The notes beneath the pieces are model-generated. The model worked only from the letters and a program-made list of their open reading frames with translations. It did no database searches and had not been told where the DNA came from. A stretch of DNA of 64,000 nt, taken from the NCBI GenBank assembly GCA_048013815.1, contig CM106585.1:6386001-6450000 (forward strand), written 5' to 3'. The stretch is from Setoptus koraiensis (Eukaryota > Animalia > Arthropoda). Below, piece by piece: positions 1 through 10,664 of the stretch (its first letter is position 1; each line of letters starts with the position of its first letter). Both the position numbers and the translations under genes were made by a program.

Positions 1-539
1 CCTCTAAATCAGTATTTGAGGCCATATCTTGAATGCAGTATTTCTCAAAAATATCGAAACCAATTTACTTGCTTTATTGTAGGCAATGATATTAATTAAA
101 CACGAATTTTATGTCCAATTTTGTGTATATTCAGATGTCTGAAATGTCCCTATTATGCCTAACACAAACGCACAGTAAATGAAATTGTGCACAATAGAAT
201 TGCAAGACCTACTAAAATGGTGCGCCAGATTTGAACAACAAAAAAAGATGCTCTGCTTCTTTGTGGTGCAAGTTGCACGGTGCAACCAATGTTTTCTTTA
301 CCATGCACATAATGGTTCAGGATGCAATCAGAACTGAATTGAGAATTGACACAATAGGCCATCACTCCCCATGAAGGATAATTCCATTTCAATACTCTGA
401 TGAAAAAAAAAACATTGGCCATACAATATTTTCTACTGATTTTTCATATCAAGATATCTACTGTGTATATATTGTAACCATTTGTGACAATATCTATCAT
501 CGGAGACAAGATTAACTTATTTCGAGAGAAGTGGAAACC

Positions 540-1118
540 ATGGCCGGTAAGAAGATTGTGAAGTTGATGGTCTTCGATTTGGATTGCACTTTATGGCCTT
601 TTCATGTGGAATGTTCATTTAGTCCACCATTCAAAATGAAAGGCGATCAAGTAGTGGACGCCCGAGGTGAGTTAATCACAAGACACATTATGAATAAAAG
701 TACATTTGAGATAGGCCCTTGACACATTATTATTCGTTCATGACATCTTACAGGCTCTAGGATGGCCCCATATCCCGAGGTTTTAGAGGTCTTGGAGAAG
801 TGGTCGAAAAAATGCCCTATTGCAGCTGCTTCTAGGACCCACTACCCCGAAGGAGCCGAGGTTTTATTAAACTACTTCGGCTTTAACAAGTACATAACCT
901 ACAAAGAAATATATCCTGGAAACAAGCTTACGCATTTTAACAGCTTGAAGAAAAAGTCCAACGTTGAGTTCAAAGATATGTTGTTTTTCGATGATGAAAA
1001 CCGTAACATCATAGATGTGAAAACTCTCGGTGTAGAGTGCAAGCTCATCGATGAAGATGTTGGTGTTACGAAAAAGATTGTCGACGACACAGTGGCAAAG
1101 AAATTTCCTGATAGTTGA
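540..1118 (+). CDS. MDP1: Magnesium-dependent phosphatase 1 (HAD family), 2 exons (540-666, 754-1118), 163 aa
   Basis: DLDCTLWPF HAD motif I, AAASRT motif II and FFDDENRNI motif IV. GTGAGT donor at 667 and TTACAG acceptor at 753 join the two ORFs in frame (R-G-S-R-M-A-P-Y). Confidence 0.93.
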
Positions 1119-1370
1119 TTAAGATGAGTTCATAAAACTTGAAACCAATAGCAAACCTTTCTCTAGTCATTAATGATATGGAACGACAGAAATTTTGTCG
1201 GAGTTGTTCGGATTGTATAAAGTAAATCATACTCAGAATAGTAGTCTAGTTTACCTGGGAAAAAATCCGTGTAACTTTTTATTTTGATGATTCTTAATTA
1301 TTCAAGCATAATTAATCACTAATTCAGCGATTATCAACTATAATCAATGACGTTTCATCAGTGTCTGCGT

Positions 1371-3674
1371 TTATCGTGTCATTGTCGACGGACCTTGTAA
1401 TTTCGGATGACTGCTTAGTTCGAGATTTGTGTCGTCAAGTCGACTTGCTTTGTTATTTTGGTTGAATGCATTCAACCGTTCCATTTCTTTTTCAAGTCTC
1501 TCAGTGAACTTCTGTAATACTTGGAACGATCTAGATTGCGTTGGCTGACTGTTGAAACTATCATCTGAGATTGAGACATTGAATCCGGTTGGGTTGGCTG
1601 ATCTAGCTTGAGACTTGCCATCGTTACGGCTATAATAGTAATTGTTTTTCTGACCACTATTGTTGTTTGGTCTCACAGGATAGTGATCTATAGGGCCATT
1701 TCGTGCTTCGAAGGTACTGTAAGTCGATGGTTGAGGACTCATTCCATAGCTGTAACTGTTAGATGATGAAGATGACGGAGAACCATAATACATTGGAGAG
1801 TCATAACCATCAGAAACCAAAGGACTGATTGGAGATAGAAGCATCTCACCCGGTGTATAAGTATTTCTACTTGAAGAGACCCGATAAAAGTCATTGGGTA
1901 GAAATGATGAGGATCTGTCCAGGTTCGCACCCTTACCATAATAGTTTGTGTTATTATGGGGCGTCCATGTTCGACTACTTGTTCGCTCTGGAGGTTGTGG
2001 CGCCGATGAATAGTTTGGCGTTATTTTGTAAGAATTATTAGAAATGATTCTGTCACCGTTAGGACTATGCGAAGCAACACGCGGTATATTGAAAGTCTGC
2101 GATAGATTGTCTAAGGATTTGTCGATATCACGTTCAATCTTCAGCACTTGATCTACGAAATTGTTTGACACCGATGATTGTGGCAGGTGCGGTGATATAG
2201 GGGGCAACGATGGCGATACCGACACCGGTCTCACTCCATTATAACTATGTCCATTACATTGTGTTTGATGTGTTTGCTGTAGATGATTCGTTGTGGGTAC
2301 TTCTGGCCTGATATAATTGTAATGACTGTCTAGATGATTCTGTGATGAAAAAGATGATGAGGCCGACGGAGGGGGTGGCGGCGGAGTCATTATGATATTG
2401 ACTGGTGAAGAGATATTCTGTCGATTCATCAATTCATAATAATCTTTGCTATTAATACCGTTATTAGATTTAGTCGTCGTTATTGTTTTGAAAGTGCCGT
2501 TGTTCTGATATTCATTACGTTTTCGTTGTCCATTTACTACCATGTCGTATTGGTTCACATATGATAATGGTTCATTTGATGGATTATCCATGTTAGTAGC
2601 AATTGTTGTGACATATTCAGTGTGAGTGATTGAGGGCTTGATTGGGTCTTTGTAAGTAGTTGTTTTTGTTGTTACAGTCTCATAACCATTACCATTAAAT
2701 TGATTGGATGAATTGCCAATCTTTTGTTCGAAACGATTAGTCTGTCCATCACAACTGGAGTATATTGGATGCGAAAAAGTTGTTACGCGTGAGGGGGGTC
2801 TTGATATGTCAAGTGGCCGTGGAGCGTTGTACAAATTGTTAGCCATTGCTGATGGTTCAGACTTCTGAGCTTCTATTAGCTTGTCGAACATTTGCTCTCT
2901 CTCGTAAAAGTTATATAAGTTTTGATCAAAAAGTTCTGGCGATTTAGGACGCGTGAATTGCATGGTGTCCTCGTTGATGATTGTGCTGTTTTTGTTTACA
3001 CTCGTTGAAGGAGTGTGGTAATTGTAGGATGCTCCAACGTCTGGATTCGAACCATATTTCAATTTATTGTTAACAAGTGATCTACTATCATCCACCATGT
3101 CGGTATCTGTCATCGAGCCATAATCATTGTAATCCATTGAGGGATCATCTTTTCCAGCTTCCAAGTTTGCTAGAAGCCTCTTTCTCATCTTTGGCGACTT
3201 GATTTGACTCAGGTCGAGTTTGCCCTTTTCACCTGGGGCTCCAGCCGGTGTATAAGTGAAAGGTTTTTTGTCTCCATTCATGGTAGAAAGCAACTTGTCA
3301 GGTATAGGCGAACGAGACGCAAATCTCTCTTTAATTTGCTGAGTCAAAATACTGTTCAACTGTTGTTGCCCACTATCAACTTCTTTCTGATTGGCCATCT
3401 TACGGCCAATGTCAGGATCAGTGTTTGTTTTTGAACTATTCACTAATTTATCTTGCTTCTGTAAAAGCTCATCCTTCCAGTTGGGTATATCATTTCCACC
3501 TTTCATACCTGGCATTGGTGGTGGGATAGGCGGCACAGGTAAGCCCGATGTAGTGGGCTTGATTTGCATGGATGTCATAACGGCGTGACAGTTATTTTGG
3601 TGCTGTCCCAAGTCTGGTAATGGTGGTGGTGGTGGAGGTGGCGGTGGCGGTGAAGACATCGCTTGAGTCTCCAT
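1371..3674 (-). CDS. Proline/Ser/Asn-rich, largely disordered protein, 767 aa, single coding exon; possible muscle Z-disc (PDLIM/Zasp-like motif) protein
   Basis: Long uninterrupted ORF with first ATG at 3674 (METQAMSSPPPP...), poly-Pro tracts and a C-terminal QSRSFQVLQKF motif. No family confidently assigned. Confidence 0.8.
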   Translation of the reverse strand: METQAMSSPPPPPPPPPPLPDLGQHQNNCHAVMTSMQIKPTTSGLPVPPIPPPMPGMKGGNDIPNWKDELLQKQDKLVNSSKTNTDPDIGRKMANQKEVDSGQQQLNSILTQQIKERFASRSPIPDKLLSTMNGDKKPFTYTPAGAPGEKGKLDLSQIKSPKMRKRLLANLEAGKDDPSMDYNDYGSMTDTDMVDDSRSLVNNKLKYGSNPDVGASYNYHTPSTSVNKNSTIINEDTMQFTRPKSPELFDQNLYNFYEREQMFDKLIEAQKSEPSAMANNLYNAPRPLDISRPPSRVTTFSHPIYSSCDGQTNRFEQKIGNSSNQFNGNGYETVTTKTTTYKDPIKPSITHTEYVTTIATNMDNPSNEPLSYVNQYDMVVNGQRKRNEYQNNGTFKTITTTKSNNGINSKDYYELMNRQNISSPVNIIMTPPPPPPSASSSFSSQNHLDSHYNYIRPEVPTTNHLQQTHQTQCNGHSYNGVRPVSVSPSLPPISPHLPQSSVSNNFVDQVLKIERDIDKSLDNLSQTFNIPRVASHSPNGDRIISNNSYKITPNYSSAPQPPERTSSRTWTPHNNTNYYGKGANLDRSSSFLPNDFYRVSSSRNTYTPGEMLLSPISPLVSDGYDSPMYYGSPSSSSSNSYSYGMSPQPSTYSTFEARNGPIDHYPVRPNNNSGQKNNYYYSRNDGKSQARSANPTGFNVSISDDSFNSQPTQSRSFQVLQKFTERLEKEMERLNAFNQNNKASRLDDTNLELSSHPKLQGPSTMTR

Positions 3675-3748
3675 CTCAACGTTCGCTGATAAAGTTATTC
3701 GGTGCTTGCTAGCTCGGATTCTACACTGATCCGACTCTATGTTATTTT

Positions 3749-3950
3749 CTATCAAACAAATAATGATGTACTCATGTCTGCAAACGATTCGCTATTGATC
3801 GAGTGATTAACTTGTCCAACTCATGGGTTGGAAACTCTGAGAACTATCGCGCTTCTATCTGTTAGGTACTATTCTAAAGAGCTAGACTATACTCACTTTC
3901 AAACTTCAAATCTAGTGCGTCATAATATTTGATCTTGAAAACTGACTCAC
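3749..3950 (-). other. Probable 5' UTR intron (202 nt) of the Pro-rich gene
   Basis: On the minus strand: GTGAGT donor at 3950-3945 and TTATTTGTTTGATAG acceptor ending at 3749. Confidence 0.55.
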
Positions 3951-4901
3951 AATGGAAGAAGCTGTTCTTCATCAACTGAAGGTCTACTACGATGCCATAT
4001 GTGCTCGCATCAACAACATCTCGAGTGCGCCTAGACCTCGAAGGTCTGCGAAGATTCTGTACACAGTACGTGAACGTTCAGTAGGCTAACTCTAGCGGTT
4101 TTACAAGTTTGTTTATTCGAGCTAAGCCTTTCTACAATATATTATTTGATGAGTGCAAAAAGGGCTGCACACAAAATCAAGTTTAGATTTTGAAATGAAT
4201 CGAGATCAACGGATGTTAGAGCCAAACATAGTCAAGGTTGTTCGAGAACACAAACATTCAATTATATTTACATACAAATGTTGATGCATGCATGCTTGCA
4301 TCATCCTATGTTCAACTATACATACATACTAACTACATATATTTATATACACGCATGCAGACGAAAATGTCATTAATTATCTAGATCTCGAACACGAGAA
4401 AGAAGCTATAGTGATACTCTTGATGCTCTCGGTAGAGTAGTGCATTTCTTTGTTCTCTAATAACTTTGCTACAAGATCAGGGTCGATTGGGCCGTTGGTA
4501 GGCGTCAATGTCTAACGAGCACAAGCTTATCAATCACAAACGTCAGAATCAAATATTTTACATCTAGGACCGTTGTGCGTGTTGATTCTCGCTACCAAGT
4601 ATTTCTATCATGATAGAATTGAAATCATAGCTTGAGCATGGATATCATGTTGTAACGATACCTTCCTGGCAATCAGTGAGATTCGATCTTTGTAAGATAT
4701 TATAGGGGCCGACATTGATTAGCAGAAGAGGGTTTATCTTTGAACACTTCCGGAACCAGTCAAAAATTCATTGAACGAGGATCCAATATGAATGAAGCAG
4801 AGCATATAGATCGCTAGAGAATCGTACCAAGTTTTGCATATTTCACCATAAACTCATTTCAGACTATGTGAAGCCCCACGATTCCGTTAAACCCCTAAAA
4901 T

Positions 4902-4911
4902 GTGACGTCAC
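4902..4911. promoter_or_regulatory. Perfect palindromic CRE (GTGACGTCAC) between divergent genes
   Basis: Exact TGACGTCA match. Function is inferred only. Confidence 0.35.
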
Positions 4912-5000
4912 AGCTCATGGCCAGGTGATTCTCGCAATGCAAAACTGAATGAGCTTTTTGGTGTGGATTCTTTCATCTCTCCTCATGATGATCAACACTT

Positions 5001-5024
5001 TCTCTCTCTCTCTCTCTCTCTCTC
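5001..5024. repeat. (TC)12 microsatellite / GAGA tract
   Basis: Direct reading. Confidence 0.95.
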
Positions 5025-5168
5025 CCTCTCTACGAGCAAATAGAAATTCTTTTATTCTTCGTACGTCACATGTGTATCCACCTCTCAGCTTATCTACTCA
5101 ACTTCAGCAATAAATAATCTATCTTTCCAGAGAGTTTCGGATGGCTGTTGGAAACACATATATATATT

Positions 5169-5178
5169 CTAAAAATAG
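5169..5178. promoter_or_regulatory. Canonical MEF2 site CTAAAAATAG
   Basis: Exact YTAWWWWTAR match in the divergent intergenic region. Confidence 0.35.
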
Positions 5179-5622
5179 TTTTATTGATTTCTCGTTTTTT
5201 CACGTCAATACTCTTGCTACGTATTCGAAAATAGTATGACAATGGATAAATCGATTTTTTTTTCTAGAAACTCTCTCCAGAGCCAATGTACTGATAGTTT
5301 TCTACTAGGAATGGCAGAAAATATTTTTCGACACTCTAAAACCGTCACTCTAAAACTGACTCAGAATAGCATATTTTTCTTTTCTTTTTTCTATGGTAGG
5401 TTTAGTATTTGTATTATTGGAGTCACAACTTATTTTAGTTGATCGAAAACAATATCAAGGGTAACAATTTTTCTACTAATTGGCTCTTAGACATAACGAT
5501 AATAATAACAATAAACCAACGAGATAAACTAGTAAAATATCGGTTCGCGCAATCAGAGAACAATCAATAGCAATAGTAAACAAATCTAAACTATATTACG
5601 CAATCGTCATATCATAGTAATA

Positions 5623-7365
5623 ATGAGTACCACGATTACGATAATTTTAGGCTTGCTGGCGCTCAGCCTGATAAGTCAGGCAGAGGCGGACTTCAGAACA
5701 AAGATAGCGAAAAAATTAGGTAGACGAGGTCTTGGCACGCCACTTACAAACTCATATATAAACTATGGACCATCGGGTGTCGGCAGAGGGGGATCAAGTT
5801 CTAGTGCGGCGGCAGCGGCATCTGGAGGCTATGGCGGATCTTCATCAGCAGCGGCAGCCGCTAGCTCTGCGCCTAGCGCCGGTTACGCGGTTCCCGCATA
5901 CCCCGTAGAGCCTGTTGGTGTCCCCTATAATACTGGTAGATTTGTCGATAATTCCTACGAAAATGGTGGAAATAGTGCATCGAGAAGAGCCACTCATTCC
6001 AGTAGTAGTGCTGAGAATGGTCATGAAGATGACAATCATTATCTCCGCTCCACTGGTTCAGCCTACAGCAACGACGAAGATCTGAATCAGCACTATCAGA
6101 AGAAGAAGGAAAAGGTCAATTCGACGCCCTATGCCTTCAACAGTAACAAGAAAGAGGAGTCTTTCACCATGAATTACAAAAATCGCGCAGCCGGAAGTGA
6201 GACAGCTCACACCGAACATGACAGGCATCATTCGGCATACAATAAAAATAAGTCCAACTTCGATGAAGATGTTGAGCATAGTGTGAACAATGGTATTGCC
6301 GGCCCAAGCACTTATTATTCTACTTCGGCTCATAACGGAGAAGAATCTGATAATTATTACGACAGCGATGGTCTCAATGGAGGTTACGTTCGCCCAGGTT
6401 ACTATGGTGCCGGATATCAACGTCCAGCACCGGTTTACCCTGCCAGAGTTGCCCCCATACCACAATACCCTGCACCAAGAGCTGCTTACCCAACATCGGC
6501 GGCATCAGCAGCGGCTACATCCAGTCCAGGTGGATCGGCGGCGGCGGCAGCCGCAACTGGTGGTGCATCACCATACGGTCGAGCAGCCAGGCCAAGATTG
6601 TACAAACAATATGGTGGTGTACCTGCCGTTAACCCGGTGAGTCCAGTAGTGCAATCGCAATCCTCGTCTGCTTCAGCTCTGAACAAAAGCGACTTTTATG
6701 AACAAGATCAATCGAATGATCATACCATATCATCATCCACATCCACATCTACTAATGCGAACGCGCCATCTGTAGCCTTATCAGGTGCCGGAGGAGATAT
6801 ATTAGTGGGCTCTGACAATCCTGTTAGCAGTAATAACTATTATGAAAATCAAAAATCTAGAAATTTTGTTAAATCGAACAACCAATACAACGAGGTCTCA
6901 GCTGAAGCGTCGCCAGTAGGTGCAGCGGCCAAATCTTCCAACAACTATTACGAGCACGATAAATCTGATGATCATACAATCCAAACTGATGACGCCACCG
7001 AAAATACAACTATTGATGGTCAATCTAAATCAGGAAACTCTTACTACGAGAACAATAGCAACAAAGATTATGTTAAATCACATGCAACGTCCGATGAGAG
7101 CTCCGCCTATCCAGGTTCAACAGCTAAAACTAGCTCCAACTTCTACGAAGCAAACAAGAGTAAGAACTTTGTAAAATCTAGCTCTAATTATAACGAAGAC
7201 ACAGTGGCTGCACCAGTTCCATCTTTCTCGCCACCAACTTTTGTACAACCGAGCTTTGTACGACCAACAGTGCCCCACGGAAATCCGTACATTGTACATG
7301 GTGCGGTACCTTCCTTCAACTCGGCATCCGCATCCGCTTCAGCGAGCTCGAGTAGTGCTATCTAA
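5623..7365 (+). CDS. Secreted Ala/Ser/Gly/Tyr-rich repetitive structural protein (cuticle/cement/silk-like), 580 aa, intronless
   Basis: Hydrophobic signal peptide (MSTTITIILGLLALSLISQAEA), poly-Ala blocks, repeated SNxYYE modules, no Cys. AATAAA near 7440. Confidence 0.85.
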   Translation: MSTTITIILGLLALSLISQAEADFRTKIAKKLGRRGLGTPLTNSYINYGPSGVGRGGSSSSAAAAASGGYGGSSSAAAAASSAPSAGYAVPAYPVEPVGVPYNTGRFVDNSYENGGNSASRRATHSSSSAENGHEDDNHYLRSTGSAYSNDEDLNQHYQKKKEKVNSTPYAFNSNKKEESFTMNYKNRAAGSETAHTEHDRHHSAYNKNKSNFDEDVEHSVNNGIAGPSTYYSTSAHNGEESDNYYDSDGLNGGYVRPGYYGAGYQRPAPVYPARVAPIPQYPAPRAAYPTSAASAAATSSPGGSAAAAAATGGASPYGRAARPRLYKQYGGVPAVNPVSPVVQSQSSSASALNKSDFYEQDQSNDHTISSSTSTSTNANAPSVALSGAGGDILVGSDNPVSSNNYYENQKSRNFVKSNNQYNEVSAEASPVGAAAKSSNNYYEHDKSDDHTIQTDDATENTTIDGQSKSGNSYYENNSNKDYVKSHATSDESSAYPGSTAKTSSNFYEANKSKNFVKSSSNYNEDTVAAPVPSFSPPTFVQPSFVRPTVPHGNPYIVHGAVPSFNSASASASASSSSAI

Positions 7366-7794
7366 GAATTTCTAACAGATAGTATATTATTAGCTTTTAT
7401 TGTCTTTTGTAGTTGTGTATTGTCATACAGGAAGAGCTAATAAATATATATGCCAACACAATAGAACATCAATACTAGTGTCTAGTGATTGCTATTTATT
7501 TTCGCCATCCGTCCCTTTCGTAGTTTTGAACCGTGTCCTCTTCGACGAATATACTGCTTAGTGTTCAATGTACTTAGGTTGAAAACGTGTTGTTTTTTAT
7601 TGTGATTCAAGGGAATGAGAGGAGTACCTTAGTCATTTATGGATTCGATCATAGGAGCTGTGTAACCGGTGGCTATTCGGTGAAAATACAAAATAACGAG
7701 GAACAGTCTATGAGATAACTTGATGAATTCATAAAACGAATTCTTGTGACCATTTTGATTATGTTTAAGATACTACTTCCTTATGCGGAAGACT

Positions 7795-9075
7795 TCATGT
7801 CAGACTAATAGATGCTAGATCCTCTTCTGAGATCTCCTTCATTCTCGAATTGTTGATTTGATTGAAAAGCTTCATATCAGAGCCCTTGTCAACGACAGTC
7901 AGCGCAAGGCCTCTAGAACCGAATCGCCCCGCCCTGCCTATTCTGTGGTAATAGGTTGAAATGTCGTGCGCCACATCAAGATTGACTATGAGATCGATAC
8001 CCTCTATGTCAATTCCGCGAGCTGTTATGTCTGTAGAAACTAGAATTCTAGTGTCGGATCGTTTGAATTGTTCGAATGTTTCTATTCTTTCTTCTTGTGA
8101 TAACTCTGAACATATATAAGAGGCTTGGAGTGACTGTTCATTTTCTTCGATGTTAAATTTTTGCTGATATTTATTCAATCTATCACAGATTATAGGCGCC
8201 CGCGCTTGGTAATTTGTAAATATAATACATTGGTGGTACTTCATCTTTTTTAGAATGTCAATCAACAAATCCAATTTCTTATTCAGTATGGCCGTGTTCG
8301 AATGTGCAGGAGGCGAGTAAATGTAATACTGGTCAATCGCCACCAAGGCAGGATCGTCTGAGCCGAATCTAATAAATTGTGGTGTCTGCATATATTGTGA
8401 AATAAACTCTGCAAGCTCATTGGGGTAAGTAGCGCTAGTTGCAATCATTTGTTTGTCCTGGGGCAGACGTTTGTAAATACTGTCTATTTGCCCCTTGAAT
8501 TGGTCCTCCATTAACTTGTCGGCTTCGTCCAGAACAAATAGGGAGATGGTATTTGTTCGCAAAATATTAATGTCAATGAGCTGACAAATTCTACCAGGTG
8601 TGCCAATGGCTATTTGGCAGCCATTTCCGTTACTCAGTAGAGCCTGTCTATCTTGTTGAACTTTAGTACCACCTATTAGAGTGGCACATCTCAGATTTGG
8701 CGTCTTACATCCTATTAATTTAATAACATCACTAATTTGTATGGCGATCTCACGAGTTGGTGCTACAATAAGCACTTGGACGGAATCACTAGTAAAGTCG
8801 ATGGCCTCAAGAGCTATCACAGCAAAAACGCATGTTTTTCCAGTTCCAGATTTAGATTGCAGCACTAAATCTAGTCCGCATCTACCCAGGGGAATTGATT
8901 GCAATTGGATGGGTGACGGATGCCTGAATCCAGCCTTGTCCGCTTTGAGTCCTTGAATGACATGTGGCTTAAGCATAAGCTGATCAAAAGTAATATCAGT
9001 ATCTATGTTAACATCTATGGATCGTGACTTGTTTGTGTCCTCCAAATTGTGAGCCAATCTAAGCTGATTAGTCAT
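7795..9075 (-). CDS. DDX20: DEAD-box helicase DDX20/Gemin3, helicase core only, 426 aa, intronless
   Basis: Q motif GFRHPSPIQLQSIPLGRCGLDL (PLGRCGLDL is DDX20-typical), plus SKSGTGKT, PTREIA, DEAD, SAT, ARGID and HRIGRAGRFG. Confidence 0.88.
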   Translation of the reverse strand: MTNQLRLAHNLEDTNKSRSIDVNIDTDITFDQLMLKPHVIQGLKADKAGFRHPSPIQLQSIPLGRCGLDLVLQSKSGTGKTCVFAVIALEAIDFTSDSVQVLIVAPTREIAIQISDVIKLIGCKTPNLRCATLIGGTKVQQDRQALLSNGNGCQIAIGTPGRICQLIDINILRTNTISLFVLDEADKLMEDQFKGQIDSIYKRLPQDKQMIATSATYPNELAEFISQYMQTPQFIRFGSDDPALVAIDQYYIYSPPAHSNTAILNKKLDLLIDILKKMKYHQCIIFTNYQARAPIICDRLNKYQQKFNIEENEQSLQASYICSELSQEERIETFEQFKRSDTRILVSTDITARGIDIEGIDLIVNLDVAHDISTYYHRIGRAGRFGSRGLALTVVDKGSDMKLFNQINNSRMKEISEEDLASISLT

Positions 9076-9471
9076 AGCTTTTTTTTATTGGTAGTTAATC
9101 TAATTAAACAACTGACAATGATATACATTACAAGTTGACAGTATGTATGAAGTTACTACAACTTGAACATAAACATTTATTTTTACATCTATATGTACCA
9201 TGAGAACGCCTATCAACATGAAAATATTTGGCTAGGCGCAAAATTTGACATGTTTTTCTATAAAATGTGCCCAATAATGCAAGTATTCATGAATTTGAAG
9301 CTAAGTATTCACGACTTTTTGATTTCGGCGCCCCTTTTTGGCATTTCAAGCGATTACATATTATTCAGGCGTTATCAAGGCATATATATACTCAAGTTTT
9401 CACCACTGATTAGTCACAACCAACTTGTCTCACTTAGATGTCTAATTAGTCACAAACAAATAAAATAAAAA

Positions 9472-10287
9472 ATGTTAATCAGAGAATTTCGCATTATACT
9501 CCCATTGACTGTTGAAGAATACCAAATCGGCCAACTGTTTACTGTAGCCGAGGCAAGCCAAAATGAGACTGGAGGTGGAGAGGGAGTAGAAGTAGTTACA
9601 AATGAACCATTCGATGATCCAACTGTTTTAGGTGAAACATATCCAAAAGGTCAATACACATTCAAAATTTATCATTTGGAAAGCAAAGTGCCCAAATGGA
9701 TCAAAAGTATATTTCCTAGAGGTTCACTAAAAGTGCACGAACATGCATGGAATGCATATCCTTATTGTAGGACAATTTTAACTAATCCAAGTTATATGAA
9801 GGAAAATTTTACTCTCAAGATTGAAACGTTACATGCACCTGACCGAGGCACTAACGAAAATGCACACAGTCTTACACCAGAGACATTGAGGAAACGTGAT
9901 GTTATTATCATTGATATTGCTAATGATGTGGTTAATGAGCGCGATTATAAACCCAAAGAAGATCCTACTAAATATACCTCTGATGTTACGAATAGAGGAC
10001 CACTAGTCGGCAATTGGCGTGAAACATGTGAGCCAGTTATGTGTGCGTACAAACTAGTTACGGCTGAATTCAAATGGTGGGGCATACAAAATCGTATTGA
10101 GCCATTTATAATGAAGCAAGAGAATAGATTATTTCTCAATTTCCATAGGCAAGTCTTTTGTGGTTTAGATCGCTGGTACGGTCTTACGATGGAAGATATC
10201 AGAAATGTTGAAGCTGAAACGCAACGAAGACTAGACGAACAAAGAAGGCAAGGCACTGTGCAAGGTATAGCGGGTGACAATTTTTGA
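9472..10287 (+). CDS. PITPNA: Class I phosphatidylinositol transfer protein (PITPalpha/beta, vibrator-like), 271 aa, intronless
   Basis: REFRIILPLTVEEYQIGQLF, ETGGGEGVEV, EHAWNAYPYCRT and MCAYKLV motifs. Confidence 0.95.
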   Translation: MLIREFRIILPLTVEEYQIGQLFTVAEASQNETGGGEGVEVVTNEPFDDPTVLGETYPKGQYTFKIYHLESKVPKWIKSIFPRGSLKVHEHAWNAYPYCRTILTNPSYMKENFTLKIETLHAPDRGTNENAHSLTPETLRKRDVIIIDIANDVVNERDYKPKEDPTKYTSDVTNRGPLVGNWRETCEPVMCAYKLVTAEFKWWGIQNRIEPFIMKQENRLFLNFHRQVFCGLDRWYGLTMEDIRNVEAETQRRLDEQRRQGTVQGIAGDNF

Positions 10288-10664
10288 TTGTTATTTTTAA
10301 GTGCCAATAGTATACTAAATATATATAATATACAAAACAAAAAAATAGTCATAAATTGAGTAAGAAAAAAAAGAAAGAAGCGAAAATAAACAATGTCTGG
10401 ATTTTAAATTGTGCGCTCTTATCCTATATAAACGTGTTGTGTGGCACATTCACCGATCGGCGACTGTTGACATAATGCATCATGCGTTCGGTGCGGTGAA
10501 TTTTCTTTCTGTCTAATTTAAAAAATGATATCAGATTAGTTCGTTGATCTTTTGATCGCCGGCCACATATCAATAGATATATTCATCATTTATAATAGCC
10601 GCTATATTTTCCGTATTAAAAATATATTATTAGGAATCATTAAAGTATTTAGGCTCAGAGGATA

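Noticed and set aside
3952-4089. 45-codon plus-strand ORF MEEAVLHQLKVYY...
   Set aside because: It is antisense to the probable 5' UTR exon of the Pro-rich gene and has no signal peptide or known motif.
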